The translations under genes and the position numbers were made by a program. A stretch of DNA of 64,000 bases from positions 864,001 to 928,000 of the forward strand of contig JBMNIF010000002.1 in NCBI GenBank assembly GCA_050950765.1, written 5' to 3'. The notes beneath the pieces were generated by a model that was given only the letters and a program-made list of their open reading frames with translations, was not told the origin of the DNA and searched no databases. The stretch is from Bdellovibrionota bacterium. Its GTDB lineage: Bacteria; Bdellovibrionota_C; UBA2361; JAAYZI01. Shown here piece after piece: positions 19,689-32,074 of this stretch (positions are counted from its first letter, which is position 1; each line of letters opens with the position of its first letter).

Positions 19689-20657
19689 CCCTGAAGGGTG
19701 GCACCAAATTTTTTACCTCCGTCAAGATCTAGCTGATCCCGTGTTGCAGTATTAGCCCGCCCTGCCGTCCCTGAAGGGTGGCACCAAATTCGTCAAATTC
19801 TAGCTTTTTGCTAATATCTTGATATTATTGACTATTGTGGTTTTAAATCATCTGTGCCCCTGAAGGGTGACACCAAATTCGCCGAACCCAAGTTTTTACT
19901 AACATGCCGATATTATTAGATTGTTGTAATTTTAAGCTTTGGTTACCTTGCTTGCAAAGCATCTGCGCTCCTGAAGGGTGGCACCAGATTTTTGACCTCC
20001 GTCAAGATCTGACCGATCTGTTTTGCCATTGCAGCCCGTTCGATCGTCACTGGTCGATCGTCACTGGTGGGTGGCACCAAATTTTTAACCTCCGTCCAGA
20101 CCTAGCCGCTTCGTTTTTCAGTTGCCGCCCGCCCGATTGCCCCTGAAGGGTGGCACCAAATTCATCCAGTCGCTTAAGCCGTCAAAGCGGCAAAAAAGAA
20201 GGGTGGCACCAAATTTTCCGTGCCTTGCTTGCAAAGCATCTGCGCCCCTGAAGGGTGGCACTAAATTCTGCCCTATAAAGTTAATATGACTTCGCACTCG
20301 AGACCCCCAAAGGCTTTCTTCAATTAGGACCCCCACTTTTTACCCCCGTCCAGAGACCCCGTCTTACTGGTGGGTGGCACCAAATTCGCCGAATCTTAAG
20401 TTTTTACTAACATGCCGATATTATTAGATTGTTGTAATTTTAAGCTTTGGTTACCTTGCTTGCAAAGCATCTGCGCTCCTGAAGGGTGGCACCAAATTTT
20501 TTACCCCCGTCAAGATCTAGCTGATTCGGTTTTTAGTTGCCGCTCGCCCGATTGCCCCTGAAGGGTGGCACCAAATTTTTAACCTCCGTCCAGATCTAGC
20601 TGATTCCGTGTTGCAGTATCAGCCCGCCCTGCCGTCCCTGAAGGGTGGCACCAAATC
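19689..20657 (+). repeat. REP-like array A: 12 co-oriented copies of the GAAGGGTGGCACCA core
   Basis: Cores at about 19693, 19773, 19862, 19973, 20066, 20145, 20198, 20250, 20369, 20481, 20560, 20640; spacing 52-119 bp with reused linkers. Confidence 0.9.
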
Positions 20658-20771
20658 TGACTTGAGGGAAATGAATTTTTATAGGATCGTCTAATATATT
20701 CTAAAATGCTGACAGCAGAACCTGCTTAGTGTACACTCAGCGGCGGTTTCGCAATCTGTCGCGAGAGATAA

Positions 20772-22097
20772 ATGGAGATATTGGATATGAATGATGTGCA
20801 GTCAACAATTACGGATATTGACGAAGTAACTAAAAAAATTGAAGTCGTAGTACCAGCAACTCAAATTGATACAAAAGTGGCTGAAAAGTTGGATCGTCTT
20901 AGTAAAAAAGCGACTATAAAAGGGTTTCGTAAAGGGAAAGCCCCAAAGACGGTAATAGAAGGAATTTATGCGAATGATGCTTTTTTAGAGGTGGTCGGAG
21001 ACGTTGTTGATAGTTCTTTAAGGCAGATCGTTAAAGAGAACAGTATAAAAAATATCACAACTCCTGAGATAAGCCTTGAGGAGTGCGAGAAGGGAAAAGA
21101 TTTAAAGTTTTCTGCAGAGGTATCTATTTATCCGGAACCGAAGATTACGGGTTATGAGCATATTGAGATTGAAATTGAACCAAAGAAGATAATTTCTGAA
21201 GCTGATATTGAAGAGGCTATAGAGAGTGATAGGCTAGGACGTTCTTCTTTTAGAGAAATTGAAACGCGTGATGTTGCTGAAAAGGGAGATATCGCAAGTG
21301 TTACCGTTCAAGTTATTTATGAAGATAAACAACCGACAAAAGCAGAGCCTGCTGTAATTGAATTAGGGCGTGGTGAGGTGCTGGAGGAAATAGAAGAAGG
21401 TATCGTCGGTATGACTATCGGGGAAACGAAAGATATTAAAAAAATACTTTCTGAAAAAGAAGATGCTACTGATGAAAGACCTCTTACTTATAGAGTAACT
21501 CTTGATCTGTTAAATGAGAAGGTCTTGCCTGAAGTGACGGATGAGTTTGTGGTAAGTTTGGGATTGCCGAATGTAAATACAGTTGCTGAGTATCGTACGT
21601 TGATTGAAAACAACCTTAATAAAAAAGCTGAGAAAGAACATAAAGACATTACTAATGAGGCTATCCTTGAACATTTAAGGTCTGTAAATAAATTTATGGT
21701 ACCGCAGGTCATGGTTGATGATGAAATTAGACACCTTATTGTTAGAGCAGGAGTAATTGACTCGACAGAAGTTAATGTTGCAGAGATAGATGTAGAGCCG
21801 TTTCGTAAGGGCTTAGGCGAGATCGCTTTGAAACGAGCTGAGTGTGGTGTGATTGTTGATCGTATTGCAGTGGCGGAAAATGTTGAAGCTTCCGAAAGTG
21901 ATATCAGAGAGTGGCTAAAAGATGTATTCGAGCAAACTAACATTCCTCTTGAGATCCTAGAAGAAGGTTTTGATAACTATGAAACTAAAATGAAGGTTAA
22001 AGCGGAGGTCCTTCGTGATAAAACTTTGATCCTTCTTCAGGAAAGAACAACTGTGAAGATCAAGAAAACTGAAAAAATTGCTGAGGAGAAGAAATAG
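20772..22097 (+). CDS. tig: Trigger factor
   Basis: GFRKGKAP signature; upstream of clpP. Confidence 0.93.
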   Translation: MEILDMNDVQSTITDIDEVTKKIEVVVPATQIDTKVAEKLDRLSKKATIKGFRKGKAPKTVIEGIYANDAFLEVVGDVVDSSLRQIVKENSIKNITTPEISLEECEKGKDLKFSAEVSIYPEPKITGYEHIEIEIEPKKIISEADIEEAIESDRLGRSSFREIETRDVAEKGDIASVTVQVIYEDKQPTKAEPAVIELGRGEVLEEIEEGIVGMTIGETKDIKKILSEKEDATDERPLTYRVTLDLLNEKVLPEVTDEFVVSLGLPNVNTVAEYRTLIENNLNKKAEKEHKDITNEAILEHLRSVNKFMVPQVMVDDEIRHLIVRAGVIDSTEVNVAEIDVEPFRKGLGEIALKRAECGVIVDRIAVAENVEASESDIREWLKDVFEQTNIPLEILEEGFDNYETKMKVKAEVLRDKTLILLQERTTVKIKKTEKIAEEKK

Positions 22098-22133
22098 TTT
22101 TGCTGTTAAAGTGAAAAAACTTGGAGATGGTTT

Positions 22134-22805
22134 ATGGTAAAAGAAGAGATGAATTATTACATACCTTATGTTGTTGAACAGACGGGTAGAGGGGAGCGTT
22201 CTTACGATATCTATTCTAGACTTCTGAAGGAAAGGATTATATTTCTTGGAACTGAGATTGATAGTCAGGTCGCTAATATTGTAACGGCGCAGCTTTTGCA
22301 CTTGGAAAGTGAAGATCCTGAGAAAGATATTTTCCTTTATATAAATAGCCCTGGGGGAGAGGTAACAGCAGGGTTAGCGATTTATGATACCATGCAGTAC
22401 ATCAGACCTGATGTTGCTACTGTTTGTATCGGGCAGGCTGCCAGTATGGGAGCTGTGCTTTTGGCAGGTGGCGCCAAAGGGAAGAGATCGGCTTTGCCGC
22501 ATGCTAGAGTGATGATTCATCAACCCCTTGGCGGTTTTAAAGGGCAGGCTTCAGATGTGGAGATTCAAGCACGAGAGCTTTTTAGAATTAAGAAAGAGTT
22601 AAATGAGATCTTAAGCCATCACACTGGACAAGATGTCGCTAAAGTTGAAAAGGATAGCGATAGAGATAATTTTATGAGTGCTTATGAAGCTAAAGAGTAT
22701 GGCTTGATAGATGAAGTTTTCGAGCGTAATGCTAAACGTTCTGAAAAGCAGGGAAAGGCGGAAGAGACAGGAAAAAACGGAAAAGAAAAAAATAAAGAGA
22801 AATAA
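22134..22805 (+). CDS. clpP: ATP-dependent Clp protease proteolytic subunit
   Basis: [35 protein letters not shown]. Confidence 0.97.
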   Translation: MVKEEMNYYIPYVVEQTGRGERSYDIYSRLLKERIIFLGTEIDSQVANIVTAQLLHLESEDPEKDIFLYINSPGGEVTAGLAIYDTMQYIRPDVATVCIGQAASMGAVLLAGGAKGKRSALPHARVMIHQPLGGFKGQASDVEIQARELFRIKKELNEILSHHTGQDVAKVEKDSDRDNFMSAYEAKEYGLIDEVFERNAKRSEKQGKAEETGKNGKEKNKEK

Positions 22806-22973
22806 AGATAAAGTATCGTGCTGAACGGTAATATATCTGTAATGTTTAAGACGCAGTTTTTGCCATAATATGCGGTGGTAAAGGCTGCGTTTTTTTGTAA
22901 TGTGTTTTGTGTTGGATTGTTGAAGCCTGAAGTTGGCGTAGGTTTTATTGGTGGTAAAAGTTGGCTTTCAGCA

Positions 22974-22990
22974 CTGGTGGGTGGCACCAG
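22974..22990 (+). repeat. Single REP-like core CTGGTGGGTGGCACCAG
   Basis: Exact core variant in the clpP-clpX spacer. Confidence 0.8.
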
Positions 22991-23262
22991 CGACACTACA
23001 CTTTTTTTAAACGCTTTTAAAAAAATTCTTCTTATATTTTAATAAGCTGGATTGCTATAATGGACAAATTCACCTAAAAACTTTAAAAAACTCGGAAGTT
23101 AGCTTAGGTGCTATCGGTGGTAAAGGCTGCGTTTTTTGTAATTTGTTTTGTGTGATATCTGTAGAAAAACATAAATGCTTTTATTTATTTATAAATTTAA
23201 AGTTTTCTAAAGAATGAGAATGAGGTAATGTATAACTATTAAGCTTTATAGTTACTTCGTAT

Positions 23263-24549
23263 TTGGGGGTGCTTGTGGCAAAGAAGGGAGATAAAAGTTC
23301 AAATACATTAATTTGTTCTTTTTGTAATCGTACACAAGAAGAGGTCAGGAAGTTAATAGCTGGGCCATCTGTTTATATCTGTGATGAATGTATAGAGCTT
23401 TGTAATGATATTATTGCCGAAGAGCTGGATCAAGATGAGCACGTTGGTGTTGGTTCAGGTGTCCCAAAACCTAAGGAGATAAAGGAGTTTTTAGACCAAT
23501 ACGTTATCGGACAAGACTATGCAAAACGGGTATTGTCTGTGGCTGTGCATAATCATTTTAAGAGGCTTGAAAATAAAAGTTCTAAGTCTGCTGGAGATGT
23601 GGAGATAGCTAAGTCTAATATCTTGTTGATTGGTCCGACAGGTACTGGAAAAACTTTATTGGCTCAAACTTTGGCACGTATCTTACGGGTGCCTTTTACG
23701 ATTACAGATGCAACTACTTTAACTGAAGCTGGTTACGTCGGTGAGGATGTTGAAAACATTATTTTAAATCTCTTGCAAGCTGCTGATTATAATGTTGAGA
23801 AAGCAGAGCGTGGTATAGTTTATATTGATGAGATAGATAAGATCTCAAGGAAAACAGAAAACCCATCTATTACGCGTGATGTTTCTGGGGAGGGAGTACA
23901 ACAGGCGTTATTAAAGATGTTGGAAGGTACGATTGCTAGTGTGCCACCTAAAGGTGGTAGGAAACATCCGCAGCAAGAATTTTTACAGGTTGATACCAGC
24001 AATATCTTGTTTATTTGTGGTGGTGCTTTTGTGGGGTTAGAAGATATTGTTAGGCAACGTGTTGGAGAGAAAAAGCTTGGATTCGGTGTAAAACGAGAAG
24101 ATGAGGGTGCAAAAAAGAGTAAGGCTGAAGAGAAAGCTGAATTGCTGATGAAGGTTGAGCCGGAAGATCTGTTGAAGTTCGGTTTAATACCGGAGTTTAT
24201 CGGAAGATTGCCGTTAGTTGCGACTTTGTCAGACCTTGATGAAGATGCTTTAATTAAGATCTTAACAGAGCCGAAGAACTCACTTACAAAACAGTATAAG
24301 CGTTTATTTGATTTTGAAGATGTGCAGCTCCGTTTTACGGACTCTGCTTTGCGAGCAGTGGCAAAAAAATCCATCGAGAGAAAATCTGGTGCACGTGGAT
24401 TGAGAGCGATTCTTGAGAAGGTGATGCTTGATACGATGTATGAAATTCCGTCAGAGCCTGAAATTCAGGAAGTTGTTGTTTCTGAGGATACGATTTTAAA
24501 ATCAGAGCCGCCACTAATCGTTTATCACAAAAAGATGGAGAGTGCTTAG
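23263..24549 (+). CDS. clpX: Clp protease ATP-binding subunit ClpX
   Basis: CSFC zinc finger, [20 protein letters not shown]. Confidence 0.97.
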   Translation: MGVLVAKKGDKSSNTLICSFCNRTQEEVRKLIAGPSVYICDECIELCNDIIAEELDQDEHVGVGSGVPKPKEIKEFLDQYVIGQDYAKRVLSVAVHNHFKRLENKSSKSAGDVEIAKSNILLIGPTGTGKTLLAQTLARILRVPFTITDATTLTEAGYVGEDVENIILNLLQAADYNVEKAERGIVYIDEIDKISRKTENPSITRDVSGEGVQQALLKMLEGTIASVPPKGGRKHPQQEFLQVDTSNILFICGGAFVGLEDIVRQRVGEKKLGFGVKREDEGAKKSKAEEKAELLMKVEPEDLLKFGLIPEFIGRLPLVATLSDLDEDALIKILTEPKNSLTKQYKRLFDFEDVQLRFTDSALRAVAKKSIERKSGARGLRAILEKVMLDTMYEIPSEPEIQEVVVSEDTILKSEPPLIVYHKKMESA

Positions 24550-24914
24550 TTCGGGTTGTATAAGACCTCCTGTGATGTCAGAAAAAAGAAGTTTTTTTGG
24601 CTGAAAGATTAAAGTAAAGGGGGGCGGAGTAGGGCACTCTGTTTTTTCTGTATGTCAGAAAAAAGAAAGAGTTTTTTGAAAAAAAGTCTCTTTCTTTGTA
24701 TGAGTTAATCTCTTGATATTTTTCAATAGATATATTTTGATTATTTTCTGACTGTAGTTGCATCTAATGTGTTGTTGCTATTCCTATGTGTAGTTTGTCG
24801 AAATGTATTTTGTAGTCATTCTGATGAATTAAATGTTTGGAATGGTGTGAAAGCTATCGACAGATAAGGTGACTTCAATTATCTTATCTTCCGTTATTTA
24901 TTTGGAATCATTAT

Positions 24915-27362
24915 ATGAAATCATCAGTTGATAATCCTGTCCCGTTATTGGCGTTGCGAGAGTTAGTCGTTTTTCCGCAACAGGTGGTGCCACTCTTCGT
25001 TGGTAGAGATAAAAGCGTGAGAGCTATCGAAGAGTCTCAGAAAGAGAATAAATATATTATGTTATGTGCTCAAAAGGATAGTCATGTCAGTGATCCTAAA
25101 GAGAAAGATATCTATACCGTTGGTACGCTTGGCGAGGTCGTACAGTTAATTCGTTTGGCTGATGGACCGATAAAGGTGCTTGTTGAAGGCAAGGTGCGTG
25201 CTAGGATTAAAAATTACGTCAAAGATGATGACTTTATCATGGTTGATGTTGAAGAGCTTGCTCCTGCTACTGATGTTGATACTGATCTGAAAGGATTGAT
25301 GAGAGCTGTTAACACCATTTTTGAGCAGTATGTAAAACTTGGTAAAAAGCTTAATCCTGAGATGATAATGCAGGTGAATGCGATTGAGGATCCCTCACGT
25401 TTAGCTGATGCTATTGTGGTGCAGCTGAATATTAAGATGGAAGATAAACAGGAGATTCTTGAAACGATAGATCCTAAGGTGCGGCTTGAGAAAATTCATG
25501 ACCACATGAAGTCGGAAATAGAGATTTTGCAAGTTGAGAAGCGTATCCGCGGGCGTGTTAAAAAGCAGATGGAGAAGACGCAGAAGGAGTATTATTTAAA
25601 TGAGCAGATGCGTGCTATCCAGAAAGAGCTTGGCGATAAAGATGAGTTTAAAAATGAGATTCAAGAACTGGAGGATAAGCTTAAAGCTCTTGATATGCCT
25701 GAAGAGGCGCGTGATAAGACCTCTAAGGAGATTCGTAAATTAAAGATGATGTCTCCGATGTCGGCAGAGGCAACGGTGGTGCGTAATTACGTTGATTGGA
25801 TGTTGGCTTTGCCGTGGAGGTATAAGTCTGAAACTCAGGATGATATTGATCACGCTCGTGATATTTTGGAAGAAGATCATTACGGCTTGGAATCAGTGAA
25901 GGAGAGAATCCTTGAGTATTTAGCGGTGCATAAATTGGTCGGCAAGTTGAAAGGTCCGATAATCTGTTTAGTTGGCCCTCCAGGAGTAGGTAAGACTTCA
26001 TTGGGACGTTCCGTGGCGCGTGCAACGGGAAGGGAGTTCGTAAGGGTTTCATTGGGTGGTGTGCGTGATGAAGCTGAGATTCGGGGGCATAGAAGAACGT
26101 ATATAGGTGCGTTACCAGGGAAGATAATTCAATCTTTGAAGAAAGCTGGCACTGGTAATCCTGTTTTCCTGTTAGATGAAATAGACAAGATGTCTAATGA
26201 TTTTAGAGGCGATCCGTCTTCTGCGCTTTTAGAGGTCTTAGATCCGGAACAGAACGATACTTTTAATGATCACTATTTAGATTGTGATTATGATCTTTCT
26301 GATGTGATGTTTATTACAACCGCAAATACGTTACAATCAATTCCAGGACCGCTTCTGGATCGTATGGAGTTGATCCGAATTTCCGGTTATACGGAGATGG
26401 AAAAAACGTCAATTGCAAAGAAATATCTAATTCCGAAGCAATTGAAAGAGAACGGTCTCGAAGAGAAAAACTTAACGGTTGAGGATTCCGCTTTGACGGA
26501 GATCTTACGACGCTATACGCGCGAGGCAGGTGTGCGTAATGCTGAGAGAATGATTGCAACGTTGTGTCGTAAGGCTGCTGTGGAAGTGGTGAAAGAAGGG
26601 AAAGATCATCATATCACGATGACGAAAGATAATTTAGTGAATTATCTTGGACAGCCACAATACAGTTTTGGTAAGAGCGAAGAAGAGGATCAAGTTGGAA
26701 CGGCTACGGGGTTGGCGTGGACAGAGCTTGGCGGGGCGTTACTAGTGATTGAGACGACGGTGCTTCCAGGTAAGGGGCGTTTGCAGATCACTGGAAAACT
26801 TGGTGATGTAATGCAGGAGTCGGCGAAAGCCGCTCTCAGTTACGTTCGTTCTCGTGGTGATATGTTAGGCTTGCCGCGACATTTTTATGACAAGATCGAT
26901 ATTCATGTGCACGTTCCGGAGGGTGGGATCCCGAAGGATGGACCCTCTGCTGGTATCACGATAGCACTTTCTATCGTTTCTGCTTTAACGGGCATTCCGA
27001 TCGATAAAGAGATCGCAATGACTGGTGAGATCACGTTAAGAGGAAATGTTTTGCCTATCGGTGGATTAAAGGAGAAATCGCTTGCTGCGCATAGGGGTGG
27101 TATTAAGCGAGTTATGCTTCCGCGTGAAAACGAGAGTGATATTGACGAGATTCCCGCTACTGTGCGTAAAGATTTGGAGCTGATTCCGGTTCAGCAGGTG
27201 GATCAGGTTATCTTTGAGGCTCTCAAGTTCAGATCTGCGGCAGACTTCGAAAAGTTGCTTGATATGCGTCAGGTGCGAGATGATAAGTTCTTTGAAGAGC
27301 CCGAAAGAGGTGAAGACGAAGATTCTTCAATCAAAGAGAAGCCAGCAATGGTGACGCATTAG
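24915..27362 (+). CDS. lon: Lon protease
   Basis: [32 protein letters not shown]. Confidence 0.97.
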   Translation: MKSSVDNPVPLLALRELVVFPQQVVPLFVGRDKSVRAIEESQKENKYIMLCAQKDSHVSDPKEKDIYTVGTLGEVVQLIRLADGPIKVLVEGKVRARIKNYVKDDDFIMVDVEELAPATDVDTDLKGLMRAVNTIFEQYVKLGKKLNPEMIMQVNAIEDPSRLADAIVVQLNIKMEDKQEILETIDPKVRLEKIHDHMKSEIEILQVEKRIRGRVKKQMEKTQKEYYLNEQMRAIQKELGDKDEFKNEIQELEDKLKALDMPEEARDKTSKEIRKLKMMSPMSAEATVVRNYVDWMLALPWRYKSETQDDIDHARDILEEDHYGLESVKERILEYLAVHKLVGKLKGPIICLVGPPGVGKTSLGRSVARATGREFVRVSLGGVRDEAEIRGHRRTYIGALPGKIIQSLKKAGTGNPVFLLDEIDKMSNDFRGDPSSALLEVLDPEQNDTFNDHYLDCDYDLSDVMFITTANTLQSIPGPLLDRMELIRISGYTEMEKTSIAKKYLIPKQLKENGLEEKNLTVEDSALTEILRRYTREAGVRNAERMIATLCRKAAVEVVKEGKDHHITMTKDNLVNYLGQPQYSFGKSEEEDQVGTATGLAWTELGGALLVIETTVLPGKGRLQITGKLGDVMQESAKAALSYVRSRGDMLGLPRHFYDKIDIHVHVPEGGIPKDGPSAGITIALSIVSALTGIPIDKEIAMTGEITLRGNVLPIGGLKEKSLAAHRGGIKRVMLPRENESDIDEIPATVRKDLELIPVQQVDQVIFEALKFRSAADFEKLLDMRQVRDDKFFEEPERGEDEDSSIKEKPAMVTH

Positions 27363-28218
27363 GGGGAGGCTGGTGCCACCCACCAGCCCCAAGCCCTTGT
27401 CCCTTGTCCCTGGCCTTGTCCCTGGTCTTGTCCCTGGTCTTGTCACTGGTGCCACCCACCAGTACGACCTGCTTTGCTGTTTTTACTCTTCTGACAGCCT
27501 TTTTTCTCCTTATGCTACTGCCAGCAAGCTTAGTTCACCTTAAATTTGATACTACAATTTACGATTAATTGACTATTTTCAGATTTTACAGATTTTACAG
27601 CTTGCTTGTCACTGGCTTGTCACTGGTGCCACCCACCAGCGCTAAGCTCTTATTATCCCTGTTCCCTGTTATCCCTGGTGCCACCCACCAGTACGACCTG
27701 CTTTGCTGTTTTTGCTCTTCTGACAGCCTTTTTTCTCCTTATGCTGCTGCCAGCAAGCTTAGCTCGCCTTAAATTTCCTTAGATTTGATACTACAACTTA
27801 CGATTAATTGACTATTTTCAGATTTTAGATAGATCTTCCCTGTTGAAATTTAGATTTCATATTATTAACGGCTCAAAAAAGCAGCTTTTTTACATTACTT
27901 TTTTCAGGTCGCCACCCCGCAAAGTTAGGGGGAGGCTGGTGCCACCCACCAGCCCCAAGCCCTTGTCCCTGGTGCCACCCACCAGTACGACCTGCTTTGC
28001 TGTTTTTGCTCTTCTGACAGCCTTTTTTCTGCTTATGCTGCTGCCAGCAAGCTTAACTCACCTTAAATTTCCTTAAATTTGATACTACAATTTACAATTA
28101 ATTGACTATTTTCAGATTTTAGATAGATCTTCCCTGTTGAAATTTAGATTTCATATTATTAACGGGTCAAAAAAGCAGCTTTTTTACATTACTTTTTTCA
28201 GGTCGCCACCCCGCAAAG
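27359..28218 (-). repeat. REP-like array C: 6 minus-strand CTGGTGGGTGGCACCAG cores inside duplicated 150-290 bp blocks
   Basis: ctggtgccacccaccag at 27370, 27446, 27623, 27675, 27936, 27969; the block that follows is repeated 3 times. Confidence 0.9.
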
Positions 28219-29166
28219 CCTACCTACAATAGGCATACTCGGACGAAATGCCCCATAAACAAACTTAGCTGAAATATCACCTTGCTTCCACTTCTTCCAA
28301 GCCTTTCTACACTCTTCACAAAAAGCCTTATATTCTGCTATCGCTTTTATCCGTAACTCCTTAATCCAACAAATTAAATACGGCGTACGCGTCTTCTTCT
28401 TAGGTACATACGCAATATTTATCGATTGCTGCTGCACTTTACGCATCCCCATAAAATGCCCCTTCCTTTCAAGTGCAATCTCTTCTTCCCTTTTTGAAAT
28501 CTCTGTCATTATTGTTTTAAAGATCTCTTCAGACGTAAGGTTTTTTGATTCTTCAAAACAATTCTTCCAAGCATCAGGGGTAATCTTAAGCTCATGACAA
28601 GTGTGCGGAAACATATTAAGCATTTTTAATAAAATAGCATCGCTTATTTTATGAAGTCTCTGCGGTAACTTACGTAAATTAGTAGAAGAGGTATACTTAC
28701 CCTGCACTGTTAAAGAACCTGATTTATACATTCTAAAACTACTACACCCTTCCCAATCATCAGCATGTGCAACGAGTCCTGCTTTTACAGGATTTATATA
28801 AATATAGACTATCTTATCGATAACATCATTATGAGTTAACAAACGTTGCTCCTTAAAACGTCCATCCCAAACGTTTCTCCTATATTGCGGCGTTAGTTTC
28901 TTAATAGCACGTGCAACTGCACTTTCCATCTCTCCCATAAATGAAGAGATGTGCTTTCCTTCACCAACTAATATCATGTGAAAGTGGTTACTCATCCAAT
29001 TAAAATGAGCAATTCTAACACGATGGTGCTCTTGGCAACGAGCCATAATCCCTAACAGGATCCATTTCATAAAAAGGCGTGCTAGAAATGGCAAGCCAGA
29101 TAATGTTCTATTGGTGACATGTACCACCATTTTATTAGGATTTCTCCTATCTCGACGATTTCTCAT
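28198..29166 (-). CDS. REP-associated tyrosine transposase (RAYT/TnpA-REP; HUH Y1) with C-terminal extension
   Basis: HVTNR, MSNHFH (HUH), VWDGRF, YIYINPVKAGLV (catalytic Tyr), DW..SS; flanked by repeats. Confidence 0.9.
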   Translation of the reverse strand: MRNRRDRRNPNKMVVHVTNRTLSGLPFLARLFMKWILLGIMARCQEHHRVRIAHFNWMSNHFHMILVGEGKHISSFMGEMESAVARAIKKLTPQYRRNVWDGRFKEQRLLTHNDVIDKIVYIYINPVKAGLVAHADDWEGCSSFRMYKSGSLTVQGKYTSSTNLRKLPQRLHKISDAILLKMLNMFPHTCHELKITPDAWKNCFEESKNLTSEEIFKTIMTEISKREEEIALERKGHFMGMRKVQQQSINIAYVPKKKTRTPYLICWIKELRIKAIAEYKAFCEECRKAWKKWKQGDISAKFVYGAFRPSMPIVGRLCGVAT

Positions 29167-29315
29167 AAGACAACTCCAGATGAAAAATAAAAATAATCAA
29201 TAAATTGGCAGAATTGCCAGTTAGTTTGGCAGGATTGCCAAATTCTAACGCCTAATTGTCGCTAGAGTTGGGATTTTATTGTGGGTAAAAATGAAAAAAG
29301 TTTGGAGATTGGGAT

Positions 29316-29528
29316 TGGTGCCACCCTTCAGTGGCTGGGAAGGTGTTAGAGAAAGAAAAGAAGGGTGGCACCAGTTTTTACCCCCGTGAAGACCTAGCTG
29401 ATCCGTTTTGCAGTCCCAGCCCGTCCGGTCGTCCCTGAAGGGTGGCACCAGTTTTTTAACCCCCGTGAAGACCTAGCTGATCCGTTTGCAGTTCCAGCCC
29501 GTTCAGTTGTCCCTGAAGGGTAGCACCA
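29316..29528. repeat. REP-like array D (1 minus core, then 3 plus cores)
   Basis: TGGTGCCACCCTTCAG at 29316; GAAGGGT(G/A)GCACCA at 29360, 29437, 29515. Confidence 0.9.
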
Positions 29529-29532
29529 GAGG

Positions 29533-29561
29533 TTGACATTAGTTATCCAAATGAGTAATTT
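29533..29561 (+). promoter_or_regulatory. Sigma70 promoter of tRNA-Val
   Basis: TTGACA-17 bp-TAATTT, ending about 20 bp upstream of the tRNA. Confidence 0.65.
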
Positions 29562-29580
29562 TTGCTGTGTTGTCAGAGAA

Positions 29581-29657
29581 GGGCGCTTAGCTCAGTTGGT
29601 TAGAGCGTTAGCCTTACAAGCTAAAAGTCACTGGTTCGAGGCCAGTAGCGCCCACCA
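29581..29657 (+). tRNA. tRNA-Val(TAC)
   Basis: GGGCGCT/AGCGCCC acceptor stem, TTAGC-CTTACAA-GCTAA anticodon arm, GGTTCGAG T-loop, encoded CCA. Confidence 0.97.
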
Positions 29658-29800
29658 GTCGTAAATGCCAATCATTAAGTATCTCTCACTACTTCCTTTT
29701 AGACTAATTTCTTAATTCTACTAATAAATACCAAGTAGGGGAAATAATTTAGGTGGGTGGCACCATCTATCTACCACCCATTTGACGAGTTTTTCGATTT

Positions 29801-32074
29801 TTAACTAATTTCTTTTCTGATCTCCTTTGCTGCCTGCACTAGATGTTTAAGGCTAGGTACAGTTTCAGCATTTCCTCTCGTTTTCAGACCGCAATCAGGG
29901 TTAACCCACAACTTAGATGCTGGAATGGTTGCAAGCATTTTACGGAGTGCTGTCTTTATTTCTTCTACGCTTGGAATCCTCGGAGAGTGAATATCGTAAA
30001 CACCTGGACCGACCTCTGTTTTGAAATTACACTCTTTAAGTGCTGCCAATATCGTTAAATCAGAGCGTGATGCCTCAAAAGTTATTACATCTGCATCCAT
30101 ATTATCGATGTCTTTGATAATATCGCCGAATTCACTGTAACACATGTGTGTATGAATCTGCGTTTCCGGTTTAACACCGCTGTGAACCATCCTGAAGGCA
30201 GGGATCGCCCAATCGAGATATTCACTTTTCCAATCAGATTTGCGAAGCGGTAATTTTTCACGAAGAGCAGCTTCATCTATCTGGATAATTCTGATACCGT
30301 TTGCTTCAAGATCTAGCACTTCATCGCGGATGGCGAGACCGATTTGAAAAGCGCATTCTTTTAAGGAGATATCCTCACGTGGAAACGACCAATTGAGGAT
30401 AGTAACGGGTCCCGTTAACATACCTTTCATTGGTTTTTCTGTAAGACTTTGCGCATAGATCGACCACTCAACTGTCATCGGATTTCTTCTTGAAATATCC
30501 CCCCACACTACGGGTGGTTTTACGCAACGCGTACCATAGGACTGCACCCACGCTTTTTCGGTAAAAAGATATCCGTCAAGGCATTCTCCAAAATATTCAA
30601 CCATATCGTTGCGCTCAAATTCGCCATGAACGAGGACATCAAGTCCGATCTGTTCCTGTAATTTGATGCATTCTGAAATTTTCATCTTGTTGAATTCTTT
30701 ATACTGCGTCTCCGAAATCTCTCCTTTCTTAAATAAAGAACGATTTGCTTTGACATCTGTTGTTTGAGGAAATGAGCCGATAGTCGTTGTTGGCAACAAT
30801 GGTAAATTAAAAATCTTTTTTTGAATTGTTTCACGTTCTGCAAAAGCTGGAAGCCTTGTGAAGTCCTTATCTGTCAACGCAGCAACCTTTTTCTGGACAC
30901 TTTCGTTTGTGCAATCTCTCTGTTCTGCAAAAAGAGAAGTGTTATGGAGATACTCTTTTTCGTTTATTGGATTGGAAGATTGTATAATTGATTTCAATTC
31001 TGAAAGTTCCGTCAATTTTTCAACAGCAAACGAAAAATGCTTCTTATATTTATCAGCGAGTTTTGTTTCATTATCGAGAGTGTACGGGACATGTAGGAGC
31101 GAACATGATGTGTTTAAAATAATATTGTCGCAGTGACTTCGTAGTTCATCTATGATCTTCAGGGTTTTTAAATAATTATTGCGCCAGATGTTTTTACCAT
31201 TAATAATTCCCGCAAAGAGGGCTTTTTCAGTAGGAAAACCGTATTTTGTTACGAGGGAGAGCGATTGCTTCCCTTCAATAAAATCAAGTCCTATCCCGTC
31301 AAAATTAAGTTTCGTTATTGTTTCATAACAATCTCGGACATCTCCAAAATAGGTTTGTAGTAAAACTTTAACAGCACCTTTAGAACTAAGAATTTTACTG
31401 TAGAGTGATTCGAAAAGCACAATATCTTCATCTGTTAAATCTTGGACAAGGAAAGGCTCATCGAACTGCACCCACTGTGCTCCGAGGGTGTTAAACTTCA
31501 CAATAATTTCGGAGTATGCTTTTGCAACGGCATCGGCAAAATCTAAGGCGCTCTTAACCCCTGTAAAGCGCGTCAATTTTAAAAATGTAAACGCACCGAC
31601 TATTACAGGTTTTGTAATTAATCCTTGTTCTTTTGCTTCGATAAATTCATCAAATGGTTTTGTACCAACCAGCTTAATCTCCGAACAGTCGTCAATTTCA
31701 GGAACGATATAATGATAGTTAGTGTTAAACCATTTCTTCATGGCGAGTGCTTTCACATCGCCGTTTTCGCCTTGATAACCTTTTCCGGCAGCAAAATACG
31801 TGTCAAGTGAAGATAAGTTTAGTGCCTTGTACCTTTCAGGAATAACGTTCAATAAAAAAGCAGTATCGAGCGTATTGTCATAATAAGAAAAGTCGTTCGA
31901 AGTGATTAGGTCGAGCCTGCCGCTCTGTTGGACGTTCCAGTGAGCACGACGAAGAGCCTTCGCAGTTTGCTCGAGACTTTCTGCTGTTATTTCACTTTTA
32001 AAGTATTTTTCTGAGGCATGTTTTAATTCTCTAAGGGTTCCAACGCGTGGAAATCCGACAATTGATGTTTTCAT
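29801..32074 (-). CDS. metE: Cobalamin-independent methionine synthase
   Basis: [50 protein letters not shown]. Confidence 0.97.
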   Translation of the reverse strand: MKTSIVGFPRVGTLRELKHASEKYFKSEITAESLEQTAKALRRAHWNVQQSGRLDLITSNDFSYYDNTLDTAFLLNVIPERYKALNLSSLDTYFAAGKGYQGENGDVKALAMKKWFNTNYHYIVPEIDDCSEIKLVGTKPFDEFIEAKEQGLITKPVIVGAFTFLKLTRFTGVKSALDFADAVAKAYSEIIVKFNTLGAQWVQFDEPFLVQDLTDEDIVLFESLYSKILSSKGAVKVLLQTYFGDVRDCYETITKLNFDGIGLDFIEGKQSLSLVTKYGFPTEKALFAGIINGKNIWRNNYLKTLKIIDELRSHCDNIILNTSCSLLHVPYTLDNETKLADKYKKHFSFAVEKLTELSELKSIIQSSNPINEKEYLHNTSLFAEQRDCTNESVQKKVAALTDKDFTRLPAFAERETIQKKIFNLPLLPTTTIGSFPQTTDVKANRSLFKKGEISETQYKEFNKMKISECIKLQEQIGLDVLVHGEFERNDMVEYFGECLDGYLFTEKAWVQSYGTRCVKPPVVWGDISRRNPMTVEWSIYAQSLTEKPMKGMLTGPVTILNWSFPREDISLKECAFQIGLAIRDEVLDLEANGIRIIQIDEAALREKLPLRKSDWKSEYLDWAIPAFRMVHSGVKPETQIHTHMCYSEFGDIIKDIDNMDADVITFEASRSDLTILAALKECNFKTEVGPGVYDIHSPRIPSVEEIKTALRKMLATIPASKLWVNPDCGLKTRGNAETVPSLKHLVQAAKEIRKEIS

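Noticed and set aside
27370..27953. E. coli Chi site GCTGGTGG inside some minus-strand cores
   Set aside because: Present in only a few copies as part of the longer core; the Chi sequence of this taxon is unknown
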